Below, in pieces: positions 10,183 to 19,298 of a DNA stretch of 64,000 nucleotides. The DNA comes from Burkholderiales bacterium (lineage in GTDB: Bacteria; Pseudomonadota; Gammaproteobacteria; Burkholderiales; JACQAP01). Location of the stretch: positions 10,230-74,229 of the forward strand of contig DATENC010000025.1 in assembly GCA_035275265.1 (NCBI GenBank). The letters are read 5' to 3'. A program made the position numbers and the translations under genes. The stretch's first letter is position 1. Each line of letters opens with the position of its first letter. A model generated the notes under the pieces. The model did no database searches. It worked only from the letters and a program-made list of their open reading frames with translations, and was not told the DNA's origin.

Positions 10183-11265
10183 CTACGCCCGATAATTCAC
10201 CATGGATCGATACATGTCGGCATATTGCGCCGCCGTCGCCTTCCAATTCAGTAACGAGCGTCCCAATCCCGATACGGGCGGCGAAACCTCGCCTGTCACG
10301 GCCTTGATTGCGCCCGCGACTCCAACGCGATTGGCATCAAAAAAGAATCCCAACCCATGCCTTTCCAGATCGGGATAGATGTTCGATTGGCGGCTCGCCA
10401 GCACGAACACACCCGAGGCAATTGCATCTCGCAAGGGACGGGGCGGACCGTCGAATCTCGAAGGATAAATCAGTGCCCGCGCATTCTGCATGAGGTCGAA
10501 CTTGGTCTGGTCGGATGTCTCCCCGGCGTATGCGATCCGGTCAGCACATGCCATTGTGGCAATGCGTGACCTGAGCCACTGGTCGCTGCCGTTCCAGGAG
10601 CGTCCGGCAATTACCAGTCTGAGACCGCTTGGATTGTTCTTGCAGTAGATCTCGAAGCCCTCCAGAAGCAGGTCCAGGCCCTTTTGGAAGACGTCAAGCC
10701 GTCCGAAGAAAAGTACGTAGTCCTTTGCCGCGTTCAAGTTGGGCAGCTCACCGCTGTCTTGCCCTTCCAGGGAAGCGCTATCGCGGCTCTCCAGGTCAAG
10801 TCCGAGCGGGATCTCGAAAATATCACCGCGAAATCCAAGATCAAGAATCGATTCCGTCTCCGAAGATCCGAAGGAATGAACAGCGTTCGCCCGCCGAAGG
10901 AATCGTGCACCGCCAAGCATCAGGAAAACCCGCTTCTTGCGGCGGCTGCGCTCGAGGGCATGACGCTGCAGGTTTGAAAGCGGGGAGATTACGTAGGGAA
11001 TACCATCTGCCGTCGCCGAGTGCGCAGCGAGCAAATATTCCGGAAAGAAGAATCCGACGAAATGAATGACGTCGATTTCTCCGTGCGAGTGCTTGAGGCC
11101 ATTCAGCAGCCCCAACCGTGCGCCGATGCCTCCATTCGATGAAGAGTACTTTACGGTCAGGACATCGATGGGGGTCGACTCCAACTCCTGTCTCAATCTT
11201 GCGAAGTCGAGAGCATAGCCGTCGGTGCCGTCAATGTGTGGATACACAAGGGCGACCGTCACCAT
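10183..11265 (-). CDS. glycosyltransferase, GT-B fold (family 4)
   Basis: 360 aa. C-terminal region ALIYPSRFDGPPRPLRDAIASGVFVL and overall GT4 layout. Last gene of the minus-strand EPS operon. Confidence 0.75.
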   Translation of the reverse strand: MVTVALVYPHIDGTDGYALDFARLRQELESTPIDVLTVKYSSSNGGIGARLGLLNGLKHSHGEIDVIHFVGFFFPEYLLAAHSATADGIPYVISPLSNLQRHALERSRRKKRVFLMLGGARFLRRANAVHSFGSSETESILDLGFRGDIFEIPLGLDLESRDSASLEGQDSGELPNLNAAKDYVLFFGRLDVFQKGLDLLLEGFEIYCKNNPSGLRLVIAGRSWNGSDQWLRSRIATMACADRIAYAGETSDQTKFDLMQNARALIYPSRFDGPPRPLRDAIASGVFVLASRQSNIYPDLERHGLGFFFDANRVGVAGAIKAVTGEVSPPVSGLGRSLLNWKATAAQYADMYRSMVNYRA

Positions 11266-11273
11266 TTCCGTCC

Positions 11274-12164
11274 TTACGCCGTATTTACTACAGCGCCAAC
11301 GACCACGGCCCCGGTGCTTGTGAGGCGGTTGGAAAACGATTTTGTTGCGGCGACCGGCGTATGGTGAAGGCGCGCAATCAGGAAGGCACCGCCCGCGCGG
11401 GCGGCAATGGTTTGTGCATCCGCATGCGGTACGCCTGCGGGAGTATCCAGAATAATTACGTCGTATTCCTGGGCCAGATCGTCAAGTAGTTGGGGGAACA
11501 GAGGCCGCCCGAGCAGTTCCTGCGGATTGGGCGCAATCGGTCCGGCTGGCAGAATCGAAAGATTCAGCAACGGAACTATGCGCTCTATTACGTTCGCCTC
11601 CGCCCGGCCGGCCAGCAGGGTGGACAATCCAGCCCGGTTTTCGAGGTCGAAAAGCAGATGCTGGCAGGGGTGTCGCATGTCGGCGTCGATCAGTAACGTG
11701 CGCTCTCCGAGCTGGGAAAAAACCACTGCGAGATTCGCGGCGAAATAGCTGCGCCCTTCCGCGCGATGCGGGCTCACGATCGCGAGATGCTTCAAGCCAA
11801 TATCCAGATTGAACCATCTGAGCATCAACTGACTGCGCACGGCACGAAACGCCTCGACCTTATGTTCGAACGGCGCATACGCAGCGACCAGGTCACCGCT
11901 CAAACTGCTTGTTCCGGGCACCAGAAAAGGAAACTCGAACTGTTGTGCGAGAACTCGATCGATGTCCGCCCGGGTAGTCAGGCCGAGCTTGACGGCCGCA
12001 TCGCCGAAGCGAATTCCTTTTTCGCGCTGCAATTGCATCACGCGTTCCGCCTCCTTGCTCGTGAGCTTGCCGGCATCGACCAGCAATGCACCGATGTGAG
12101 CATTGGTTCGCGCCGGCCGTGCCGGACCAGAATAAACGTTGATCTTTTCGCCGGGGATACTCAT
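11274..12164 (-). CDS. chain-length-determinant tyrosine autokinase, EpsG type
   Basis: N-terminal GALLVDAGKLTSKEAERVMQLQREKGIRFGDAAVKLGL, characteristic of EpsG-type BY-kinases. Also a ParA/MinD-like ATPase core (IVSPHRAEGRSYFAANLA, LLIDADMRHP, VIILDTP). Confidence 0.8.
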   Translation of the reverse strand: MSIPGEKINVYSGPARPARTNAHIGALLVDAGKLTSKEAERVMQLQREKGIRFGDAAVKLGLTTRADIDRVLAQQFEFPFLVPGTSSLSGDLVAAYAPFEHKVEAFRAVRSQLMLRWFNLDIGLKHLAIVSPHRAEGRSYFAANLAVVFSQLGERTLLIDADMRHPCQHLLFDLENRAGLSTLLAGRAEANVIERIVPLLNLSILPAGPIAPNPQELLGRPLFPQLLDDLAQEYDVIILDTPAGVPHADAQTIAARAGGAFLIARLHHTPVAATKSFSNRLTSTGAVVVGAVVNTA

Positions 12165-12171
12165 GATTTCT

Positions 12172-13623
12172 TCATCCTAGCGTCGGTTCCTGCAATGATT
12201 TCAGCAGGCGTCCCCGCCTCACTTCTTTTCTGTTCTTGCGGTCTACGTGTTTGGACAAGCTTCGTGTGTCTTCCAGCACGCCCCACACCGGGATGCCGAT
12301 GGCTTCGACGAGATCATCGGCGCCGCGCACCCTCCGGTCTGCTATCTCCCTTACCAGAGCAAATGCCGTACCCAGCACGAATCCGGCGGCGATCGACAGA
12401 GCCAACATGAACAATAACCTGGGGGGGGACGCCGGCGAAGTAGGCGGTATTGCCGGATTGAGGATCACTACATTGCTCTGATCCAGACGGCTCTCGAGAC
12501 TGGTCTCCGTACGCCGCTGCGAAGCCGATTGATACGATCGCTGCGCGTTGTCGACCTCTTTCATCAGCACCTCGAGTTCATCCCGGTGGCGGTTCAATCC
12601 GATGAGCCGCGACTTCTGGGCGGCTACGGCGTCGCGCAACTCGCGTTCCCTGCTCTGGCTGATCCGCAAGTTGTTGTTGATTACGGAGGTGGCGGTTTTG
12701 ACTTCATCGTTCAGCTTCTTGCGTAAAGTATTCACTTCGGACTGCACTCGCTGGAATTCCGGGTGGTTCGTCCCCATCGTGCTGGGCGCCTGACTCAACC
12801 TCGCCTCGGCGGCGCTCAGCCGCGCCTTTAACTCTTGAATGACCGGGCTTGCCAGCACCTCGGGCAGCGAATCGACGCTCCGATTCCTGGAAGTGAATTC
12901 CTCCAGTTGCCTGAACCGGGAGACATTCTCATAGACTTGAGCTTCGACCTGAACCAGTTGCGTCGAGAGTTCAGCGAGTTTTGCCGCTTCGATGTCCAGT
13001 CTCTGATCCGTGGAGGTTATGCCTTTTTCCTTCTGATACCTGGACAGGCGGGATTGCGCATCTTCGAACTGGTCCCGCAATTGACCGACTTGCTCGTTGA
13101 ACCAGACCGCCGAATCCCGGGCTGGTTCCACCTTCATTTCCAGATTGGTCTGGATATATGCGCGGGCAAAAGCATTGACTGTGCGCGCCGCGAGTTGAGG
13201 GTCAACATCGGTGTAAACCACCTCCATGATTCTGCTTTCTCGTGACGGCTTTATGTCGAGCTTCCGGAGCAATCGCCCGGCAAGCCAATCCTCTATCAAT
13301 CCCGGGTTGCCGGTCTGCTGAAAGCGTTGCCTTTCGGTCGCACTGTCCGCCAGTTTCAACGCCTTGACGACCTTCAGTGCAACGGCGTGACTGTGGATGA
13401 TGTCGACTTGTGTCGCCATATAGCTTGGCATTGCCTCCGCGGGAAGAACGGCGCCGGTTATGGGATCGACGCCCTTGATATTGATTACAAGCGACGTATT
13501 AGCGGAATACTTGCGCGGCAGCGTCAAATTCAATGCCACGGCGGCAACGACTGTTACCAGCGTGGTGATCAGAATCAACCTGTGTCTCGCCCTGAGAATC
13601 CGGAACAACTGTTGCAAGGTCAT
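12172..13623 (-). CDS. polysaccharide chain-length determinant (Wzz/EpsF type)
   Basis: N-terminal TM helix, long coiled-coil periplasmic region and a C-terminal TM helix. Sits between the exporter and the kinase. ATG 13623 (MTLQQLFRIL) is preferred over the longer ORF that overlaps the upstream gene. Confidence 0.75.
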   Translation of the reverse strand: MTLQQLFRILRARHRLILITTLVTVVAAVALNLTLPRKYSANTSLVINIKGVDPITGAVLPAEAMPSYMATQVDIIHSHAVALKVVKALKLADSATERQRFQQTGNPGLIEDWLAGRLLRKLDIKPSRESRIMEVVYTDVDPQLAARTVNAFARAYIQTNLEMKVEPARDSAVWFNEQVGQLRDQFEDAQSRLSRYQKEKGITSTDQRLDIEAAKLAELSTQLVQVEAQVYENVSRFRQLEEFTSRNRSVDSLPEVLASPVIQELKARLSAAEARLSQAPSTMGTNHPEFQRVQSEVNTLRKKLNDEVKTATSVINNNLRISQSRERELRDAVAAQKSRLIGLNRHRDELEVLMKEVDNAQRSYQSASQRRTETSLESRLDQSNVVILNPAIPPTSPASPPRLLFMLALSIAAGFVLGTAFALVREIADRRVRGADDLVEAIGIPVWGVLEDTRSLSKHVDRKNRKEVRRGRLLKSLQEPTLG

Positions 13624-13636
13624 GGATGCTATCCGA

Positions 13637-14434
13637 TCAGAAGAGGCTTTCCTTGATGTAAATAACATCGTCTTGAAGGATGAAATCACCCATGCCGGCG
13701 CTGATGTTCTTCATCGGCCCGTTCAGGACACGGCGATTGATGCGCAATCCTTTCTCACTCGCGCGAGGGGTAAGTCCGCCCGCCAGGGATACCGCTTGCA
13801 GCACTGTCATTCTGCGCTCCAGCCGGTACCCGCCCGGTCGCTGGACCTCGCCGTATACGTAGAACATCGGTGCTCGAGGGACAAATACGGTGTCGCCGTT
13901 GGCGACTTCTAGATTTCTGGGTCCGGCCGGAGCGTCGAACAGACCCAGTAAATCGACCTCAACACGCTGTTCGCCACTCTCAGCGGACCGGATTACCGTC
14001 ACGGAATCCGCTCCCCCGTTTGCGATTCCTCCTGCGACAGCAAGCATATCGGTCAGGCGCATTGACGGTTCTTCGATGGCATATCGCCCGGGACGATTCA
14101 CCTGCCCCAACACCGAAACCTGCCGACTGCGAAACTGAGTGACGACGACTGTGACTTGGGCGCGGGGAACGAAGTTGCCGGATTTTAAAAGTCCCGCGAT
14201 TCTTATCTCCGCTTGCGCAGGGGTCAGGCCGCCGATTTCAACCGGCCCGAGCAATGGGAAAGCGACTGAACCGAGTTCAGAAATCCGGGTTTCGGTAGCC
14301 ATGTCCGGGTTCTGGAATACGGTGATTCTGACTGCGTCGCCCGGTCCCATGAGATAACCCTTGGCGGCGGCAAAGCAAGGGGCATTGAGGATGAAAACAA
14401 TCACGAAAATTATCGGGGGCAATAGTAGTTTCAT
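13637..14434 (-). CDS. polysaccharide export protein (Wza/EpsE family)
   Basis: Signal peptide, then YLMGPGDAVRITVFQNPD and SLAGGLTPRAS, typical of Poly_export/SLBB proteins. Confidence 0.8.
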   Translation of the reverse strand: MKLLLPPIIFVIVFILNAPCFAAAKGYLMGPGDAVRITVFQNPDMATETRISELGSVAFPLLGPVEIGGLTPAQAEIRIAGLLKSGNFVPRAQVTVVVTQFRSRQVSVLGQVNRPGRYAIEEPSMRLTDMLAVAGGIANGGADSVTVIRSAESGEQRVEVDLLGLFDAPAGPRNLEVANGDTVFVPRAPMFYVYGEVQRPGGYRLERRMTVLQAVSLAGGLTPRASEKGLRINRRVLNGPMKNISAGMGDFILQDDVIYIKESLF

Positions 14435-14745
14435 TTATTTGCGCACAGTAAATTGGGTGGGTAACATTGTCACGATCGTCTGTTACTTCTGTAAATCCGA
14501 CTTGCTTTTGCAAATCGAATTCTCATCTCCCGAAGCAACGGCAGAAGCTAGTGGTTGCGAAGCAATCTTCTCAGCGAGGGCTCCCGATGGGTCGTAAAAT
14601 CCACCCGCGTATTCGATGTTTGCCTTCCGGCGCAGGTTCTTTAGCAGGCTTTTTCATGCCCGACACCAATAACTTCGGACGACAGGCATTGCCTGCACGA
14701 TGTCGATTGGCTAACCTCGTTCACAAGTATCCCTCGACGATCCCT

Positions 14746-16131
14746 TCAGTAGGCATTGCGGTCTTTGAATACGATCGTGACCGTCCTGAACATGATCCAG
14801 AAGTCCATGGCAACTGACCAGTTGCGCATGTAATCCAGGTCGTATGCCACCCGCGACTGCATTTTTTCCACGGTTTCCGTTTCGCCGCGATAACCGTTGA
14901 TCTGTGCCCAGCCGGTAATACCCGGCTTCACCTTGTGGCGAATCATGTACCGCTTGATCACCTTGCGGTATTGCTCGTTTAGGGCGACGGGATGCGGCCT
15001 CGGGCCGACAATGCTCATTGTTCCCTGTATGACATTCAAGAATTGGGGCAGTTCATCCAGAGAGGTGCGGCGCAGAAAAGCTCCGAGGGGCGTGACTCTG
15101 CTGTCATGTCGCTTTGCCTGCCTGAACACCGAATCTCCGTCTTCGGCCACGGTCATGGACCGGAACTTGTAAACCATTATTTCCGCACCGTCGAGGCCGT
15201 ATCGCCGCTGCTTGAATATTGCCGGTCCGCGGGAAGTGGCCTTGACACTTAGCGCGATCACCAGCATCAAGGGCCAGATGAGCAACAGCACAAGGCTCGC
15301 GAAGAAGATGTCTGTCAGACGCTTGAGGATGCTGTTGAAGCCTAAGAATGGAGAATCACAGATTGCAACGACCGGAATACCCTCGAGCTCATCGAATCTG
15401 GCCTGAATCAGATCGAAGACAAAAATATCGGGCACAAAATAGATGGAGGCAGTGGTGTCACCCAACTCGTCCAACATCTTCATGATGCGCGGTCTAGCAA
15501 TCATTTGCAGAGTTATATAGATCATGCTTACGGAGTGCTCGCGGATCCATGCCGGCATGTCCGCGATCCTGCCAAGCAGAGGACCGCCGCCGCTTTCCAG
15601 CCGTGTTGGATGTCGGTCGTCGAAAAAGCCCACAAACTCTATACCGAGGTAAGGATCATTCTCAACTTTCTGCGCCAATTTGAATCCCAGCGCATTCGCA
15701 CCCACCACAACCATGGAAGCAGCTCTGGCATTTCCGCCCATCATCTTCTCTACGAGATAGCGGAAAGCAATATGCACGACGACCAAGGCAAACGGAGTAA
15801 CGAGAAACCAGGTGACCATCACCTTTCGCGAAAAATGTGCGGAGAGTTTTGTCGCAAATCCGAGGAACAATACGATCCCGACTATAGTGAGCCAGTGGAG
15901 CAAAACCTTTTTGCCCGCCGGTGTCGGCCGCAGACCGCGCCATGATCGAAACACGTCGACATCGTCGAATAACTGTGTGGCGATCAGGAAAACGAGGATT
16001 GCGAGTGCCACGTAGTGGCCCGCGAAGACCTCGCCGAATACGTATATGGACACGATAAATGTCGCGACAATGGTCGCCGGACTCAGCAGGCTTTTTATGA
16101 GCGTAACTGAGGGCAATTCACCCGTTACCAT
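14746..16131 (-). CDS. undecaprenyl-phosphate sugar phosphotransferase (priming glycosyltransferase, WcaJ/EpsB-like)
   Basis: C-terminal bacterial sugar transferase domain (KRLTDIFFASLVLLLIWPL ... GPRPHPV ... KPGITGWAQINGYRG). ATG 16131 is preceded by AAAGGAG. The longer ORF to 16380 looks noncoding. Confidence 0.85.
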   Translation of the reverse strand: MVTGELPSVTLIKSLLSPATIVATFIVSIYVFGEVFAGHYVALAILVFLIATQLFDDVDVFRSWRGLRPTPAGKKVLLHWLTIVGIVLFLGFATKLSAHFSRKVMVTWFLVTPFALVVVHIAFRYLVEKMMGGNARAASMVVVGANALGFKLAQKVENDPYLGIEFVGFFDDRHPTRLESGGGPLLGRIADMPAWIREHSVSMIYITLQMIARPRIMKMLDELGDTTASIYFVPDIFVFDLIQARFDELEGIPVVAICDSPFLGFNSILKRLTDIFFASLVLLLIWPLMLVIALSVKATSRGPAIFKQRRYGLDGAEIMVYKFRSMTVAEDGDSVFRQAKRHDSRVTPLGAFLRRTSLDELPQFLNVIQGTMSIVGPRPHPVALNEQYRKVIKRYMIRHKVKPGITGWAQINGYRGETETVEKMQSRVAYDLDYMRNWSVAMDFWIMFRTVTIVFKDRNAY

Positions 16132-16629
16132 GAAACTTTCACTCCTTTGGGAATTGCATCCTGTTGATAAGCTGCCCGGCGAAGCGATTCCCGAACCCGG
16201 CGCGAGGTGGGCGCCAGCGTTCTCCCGCGCAAAGAACCGGACACGGTTTGCGTCCAACGCGGTGACAAGCACCACTTTCGTGGTGACCGCTTCGACCTGC
16301 CTTGCATTCCGCCCGGGGGCGATTGCCGCCGGATCGATCAGGTTGCGTCGGACAGGCGAGTGACGCAACCCTGCCGACAATAACGGCGAGGCCAGACAGA
16401 TGCGTCAGCTTGTTTTCATCTCCGGGTCAGCGCTCTAGGGAACGGACCGGCCTTGGCAGTTCTGTTAACTACCCGATCTCACGCTAGCCAAAGCCAATTG
16501 GAAAATCAAATCTATCAAAGTGTTAGGTTTTGATAATGTCTTTGCCAATCAAATTCTTGGAAGCGCCCATGGCCGCATCGGGCCGAAAAAAATTTCCGAC
16601 AGCGGCAAGCTATTGCGTCCGGCCGGCCG

Positions 16630-16795
16630 CTAGCGAATACGCAGGGCGGGGATTTCCTGAAACTCGGCGCGCAGGAACTCGGTGAATGCCCTTTGCCGAT
16701 ACGTGCCGGGCGGACAGGTAAGCCGCGTTGATCTCTGCCGGCGGCGGCGCGTATTCGGTCAGGATCGCCTTCGTCTTTGCCAATTCGCGGGCTCG
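16630..16795 (-). pseudogene. C-terminal remnant of a LysR-type regulator (frameshifted)
   Basis: Minus-strand reading gives ...INAAYLSARHVSAK and, after a 1-nt frame change, AFTEFLRAEFQEIPALRIR-stop. This resembles LysR C-termini. No N-terminal part is present. Confidence 0.35.
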
Positions 16796-17200
16796 CCAGA
16801 CCAACGATAACGCGCTGGCCGAATGCAAGAACGGCGCGGTCATCCGCAAGTTCACGGGCTACAGCCACATCCCACAATAAAGACGCGACGGCCATCAATC
16901 GCTTCTACACCGACGCGCTCAATCCCTATCTTTACTTCCAACGGCCCTGTTACTTCGCCGTCAACAGAGGACGCAATAGGAAAGATGCGAAAAACCTATC
17001 CCCACGACCAGACCATGACGCCCTGGGAGCGACTGGAATCCAGCCCTATTTGCCAGACTCACCTGAAACCCGGCATCACTGACTTGTCACTCGAACAACA
17101 AGCCAATGCCATGAGCGATAATGACGCTGCAAAGCAAGTACAGAAGGCTCGAAACCTACTGCTCCAGTCCCGAGCGCAACAGTGCAGCCTCATCTTGCGA
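16787..17200 (+). pseudogene. remnant of an rve (DDE integrase-core) transposase C-terminus
   Basis: ARQTNDNALAECKNGAVIRKFTGYSHIPQ-stop, then INRFYTDALNPYLYFQRPCYF. A frameshift then leads to MRKTYPHDQTMTPWERL...HLKPGITDLSLEQQANAMSDNDAAKQ. The N-terminal catalytic part is missing. Confidence 0.55.
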
Positions 17201-17297
17201 TTGGAAAATACGCGCGCAGCCGGCCTAAACTGCCCTTTACTTCGGGCGATCGGCTGGAGACGCTTACCGCCCTTTACATCTGCCGAGTTACGTAGGG

Positions 17298-18278
17298 TTG
17301 AAACTACTCATCAAGAAGACAGATAACGACGGTCGTCTTGCCCTCATTCCAGACTTTCTGACGACCTCCTGGACCATCGAGGTCGCGGACAGCAGCAACC
17401 GCGAAGAGTTGGCGCGCAAGATTTTGGATGCGGACGCGATGGTCTCGATGAACTGGTCGACGGACATGCCCCCGGCGCCGAGACTGCGGCTTCTTCATCT
17501 TCCCGGGGCGGGCACGGACGACATCGCGTTCGAATCGGTGCCCGAACAAGCGGCGGTGTGCAACGTCTACGAGCACGAAATCGGCATAGCCGAATACATT
17601 CTCTCGGCAATGCTTCAATGGGTAATCGGAATCCCGCGACTGGATGCGGCTCTGCGCCGCGGCCTATGGTACGGCTCTGCCCTGTCGGGACCGCGCCACG
17701 ATGAATTGCATGGCAAGACTGTGGGAATCATTGGCTATGGCCGTATCGGTCGTGAAGTCGCCCGCCGCGCATGCGCCTTTGGCATGAAGGTGCTGGCCTG
17801 CAGCCGCACTCCCCGAAGCGGCGACGAGTTCGTAAAGCGTGTGGAGGGGATGGATCGCATGCCTGGACTGCTACATGAGTCTGACTTCGTAGTCTTGGCA
17901 TTGCCGCTGGAACCATCAACGGCCGGGCTGTTCGGTACGCAGCAACTGGCAAAGATGAAACCCAGCGCGGTGATCATCAACGTGGCGCGCGGCGCTTTGA
18001 TTGACGAACGCGCACTGTTCGAAGCATGCAAGGAAAAGCGTATCGGCGGTGCCGTGATCGACACCTGGTTCAAATACCCCGCCCAAGCCGGTGCAGTTGC
18101 TGAGCCTTCGAGTCTGCCCTTCCGCGAACTCGAGAATATCATCATGACTCCGCACGCATCGGGATGGACGGAGGGATTGCGGCCACGCCGCAGTAAAATG
18201 ATCGCCGCAAATCTCGATCGGCTGGCCCGCGGCGAACCTTTGGTAAACGTCGTCAAGCAACCTGTCGCTGGCCGATGA
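17298..18278 (+). CDS. D-isomer-specific 2-hydroxyacid dehydrogenase (NAD-binding)
   Basis: GKTVGIIGYGRIGREVARRACAFGMKVL Rossmann motif, plus the INVARG and TPHASG catalytic region. TTG start as in the ORF track, so the start is uncertain. Confidence 0.8.
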   Translation: MKLLIKKTDNDGRLALIPDFLTTSWTIEVADSSNREELARKILDADAMVSMNWSTDMPPAPRLRLLHLPGAGTDDIAFESVPEQAAVCNVYEHEIGIAEYILSAMLQWVIGIPRLDAALRRGLWYGSALSGPRHDELHGKTVGIIGYGRIGREVARRACAFGMKVLACSRTPRSGDEFVKRVEGMDRMPGLLHESDFVVLALPLEPSTAGLFGTQQLAKMKPSAVIINVARGALIDERALFEACKEKRIGGAVIDTWFKYPAQAGAVAEPSSLPFRELENIIMTPHASGWTEGLRPRRSKMIAANLDRLARGEPLVNVVKQPVAGR

Positions 18279-18311
18279 GCCACAAGCGAGTTTCATTCGA
18301 GGAAAAAGAGC

Positions 18312-19100
18312 ATGGACAACTGGGCCGCCGAACAGGCTGCCAGAATCATTTGGAACACCTGGCAGGCCAATGACCGCATCGATGGCCTTCCCACAGATTG
18401 CCGGCCGACAACCCGGCGGGAAGGTTACAAAGTTCAGTCGGAAGTGGCCCGTCTGTCAGGTCACGCGTCGTTCGGATGGAAGATTGCGGCGACCAGTCGA
18501 GCTGGACAGAAACACATTGGCGTGGACGGGCCGCTGGCTGGCCGGCTGTTCGAGAACCGTGCGTTCCAGTCGGACGCCACAGTACCGATGATCAATAATC
18601 TGATGAAGGTCGCGGAGGCCGAATTCGCATTCCGAATGGCGCGCAATCTGCCGCCGCGCACGACCGCGTACTTGATGGAGGAAGTGCTTGACGCCGTGGC
18701 ATCCATGCATCCGGCTATCGAAATTCCTGATTCCCGCTATCATGAATTTTCCAAGGTTGGGGCCGCACAACTCATTGCCGACAATGCCTGTGCCAACTAC
18801 TTCGTACTAGGGCCGGCCACCAGCGCCGAGTGGCGTCGTCATGACCTGGCTGAACACCCCGTCTCGGCGTGGGTAAACGGTAAGCTCGCACGCGATGGAA
18901 AAGGCGCCAACGTACTTGGCGATCCGCGTCTGGCCCTGACTTGGCTCGTCAATGAACTTTCGGCAGTCGGCGAACCGTTACGAGCCGGACTTGTAGTAAC
19001 CACGGGCACTTGCGTCGTACCGGTGGACATCTCACGTGGCGACCACGTGGTTGCGGATTTTGGCCTTTTCGGGCGCATTGAGGCGCGATTCACTTCCTAG
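18312..19100 (+). CDS. 2-keto-4-pentenoate hydratase-like (FAH-fold hydratase/decarboxylase)
   Basis: FGWKIAATSRAGQKHIGVDGPLAGRLF and a C-terminal GLVVTTGTC motif, typical of the MhpD/HpcG family. Confidence 0.75.
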   Translation: MDNWAAEQAARIIWNTWQANDRIDGLPTDCRPTTRREGYKVQSEVARLSGHASFGWKIAATSRAGQKHIGVDGPLAGRLFENRAFQSDATVPMINNLMKVAEAEFAFRMARNLPPRTTAYLMEEVLDAVASMHPAIEIPDSRYHEFSKVGAAQLIADNACANYFVLGPATSAEWRRHDLAEHPVSAWVNGKLARDGKGANVLGDPRLALTWLVNELSAVGEPLRAGLVVTTGTCVVPVDISRGDHVVADFGLFGRIEARFTS

Positions 19101-19298
19101 CCGCTGGGCCGAACTTTCCCATGAAATCAATGGTCAGGCGTGGCGCCGAGATAGTTTCCGTGCGATAGTAGGCGCTGTCCCGGACCTGGCAATTAGCCCC
19201 TCTTGGTAAACCGAGCCTTCGCCGCTCGGCGTGGGCAAGAAAGCCAGACCTGACAAGCGGCCCAAACCAATACGGCTACAAAGAGGAAATGAGTCCGT

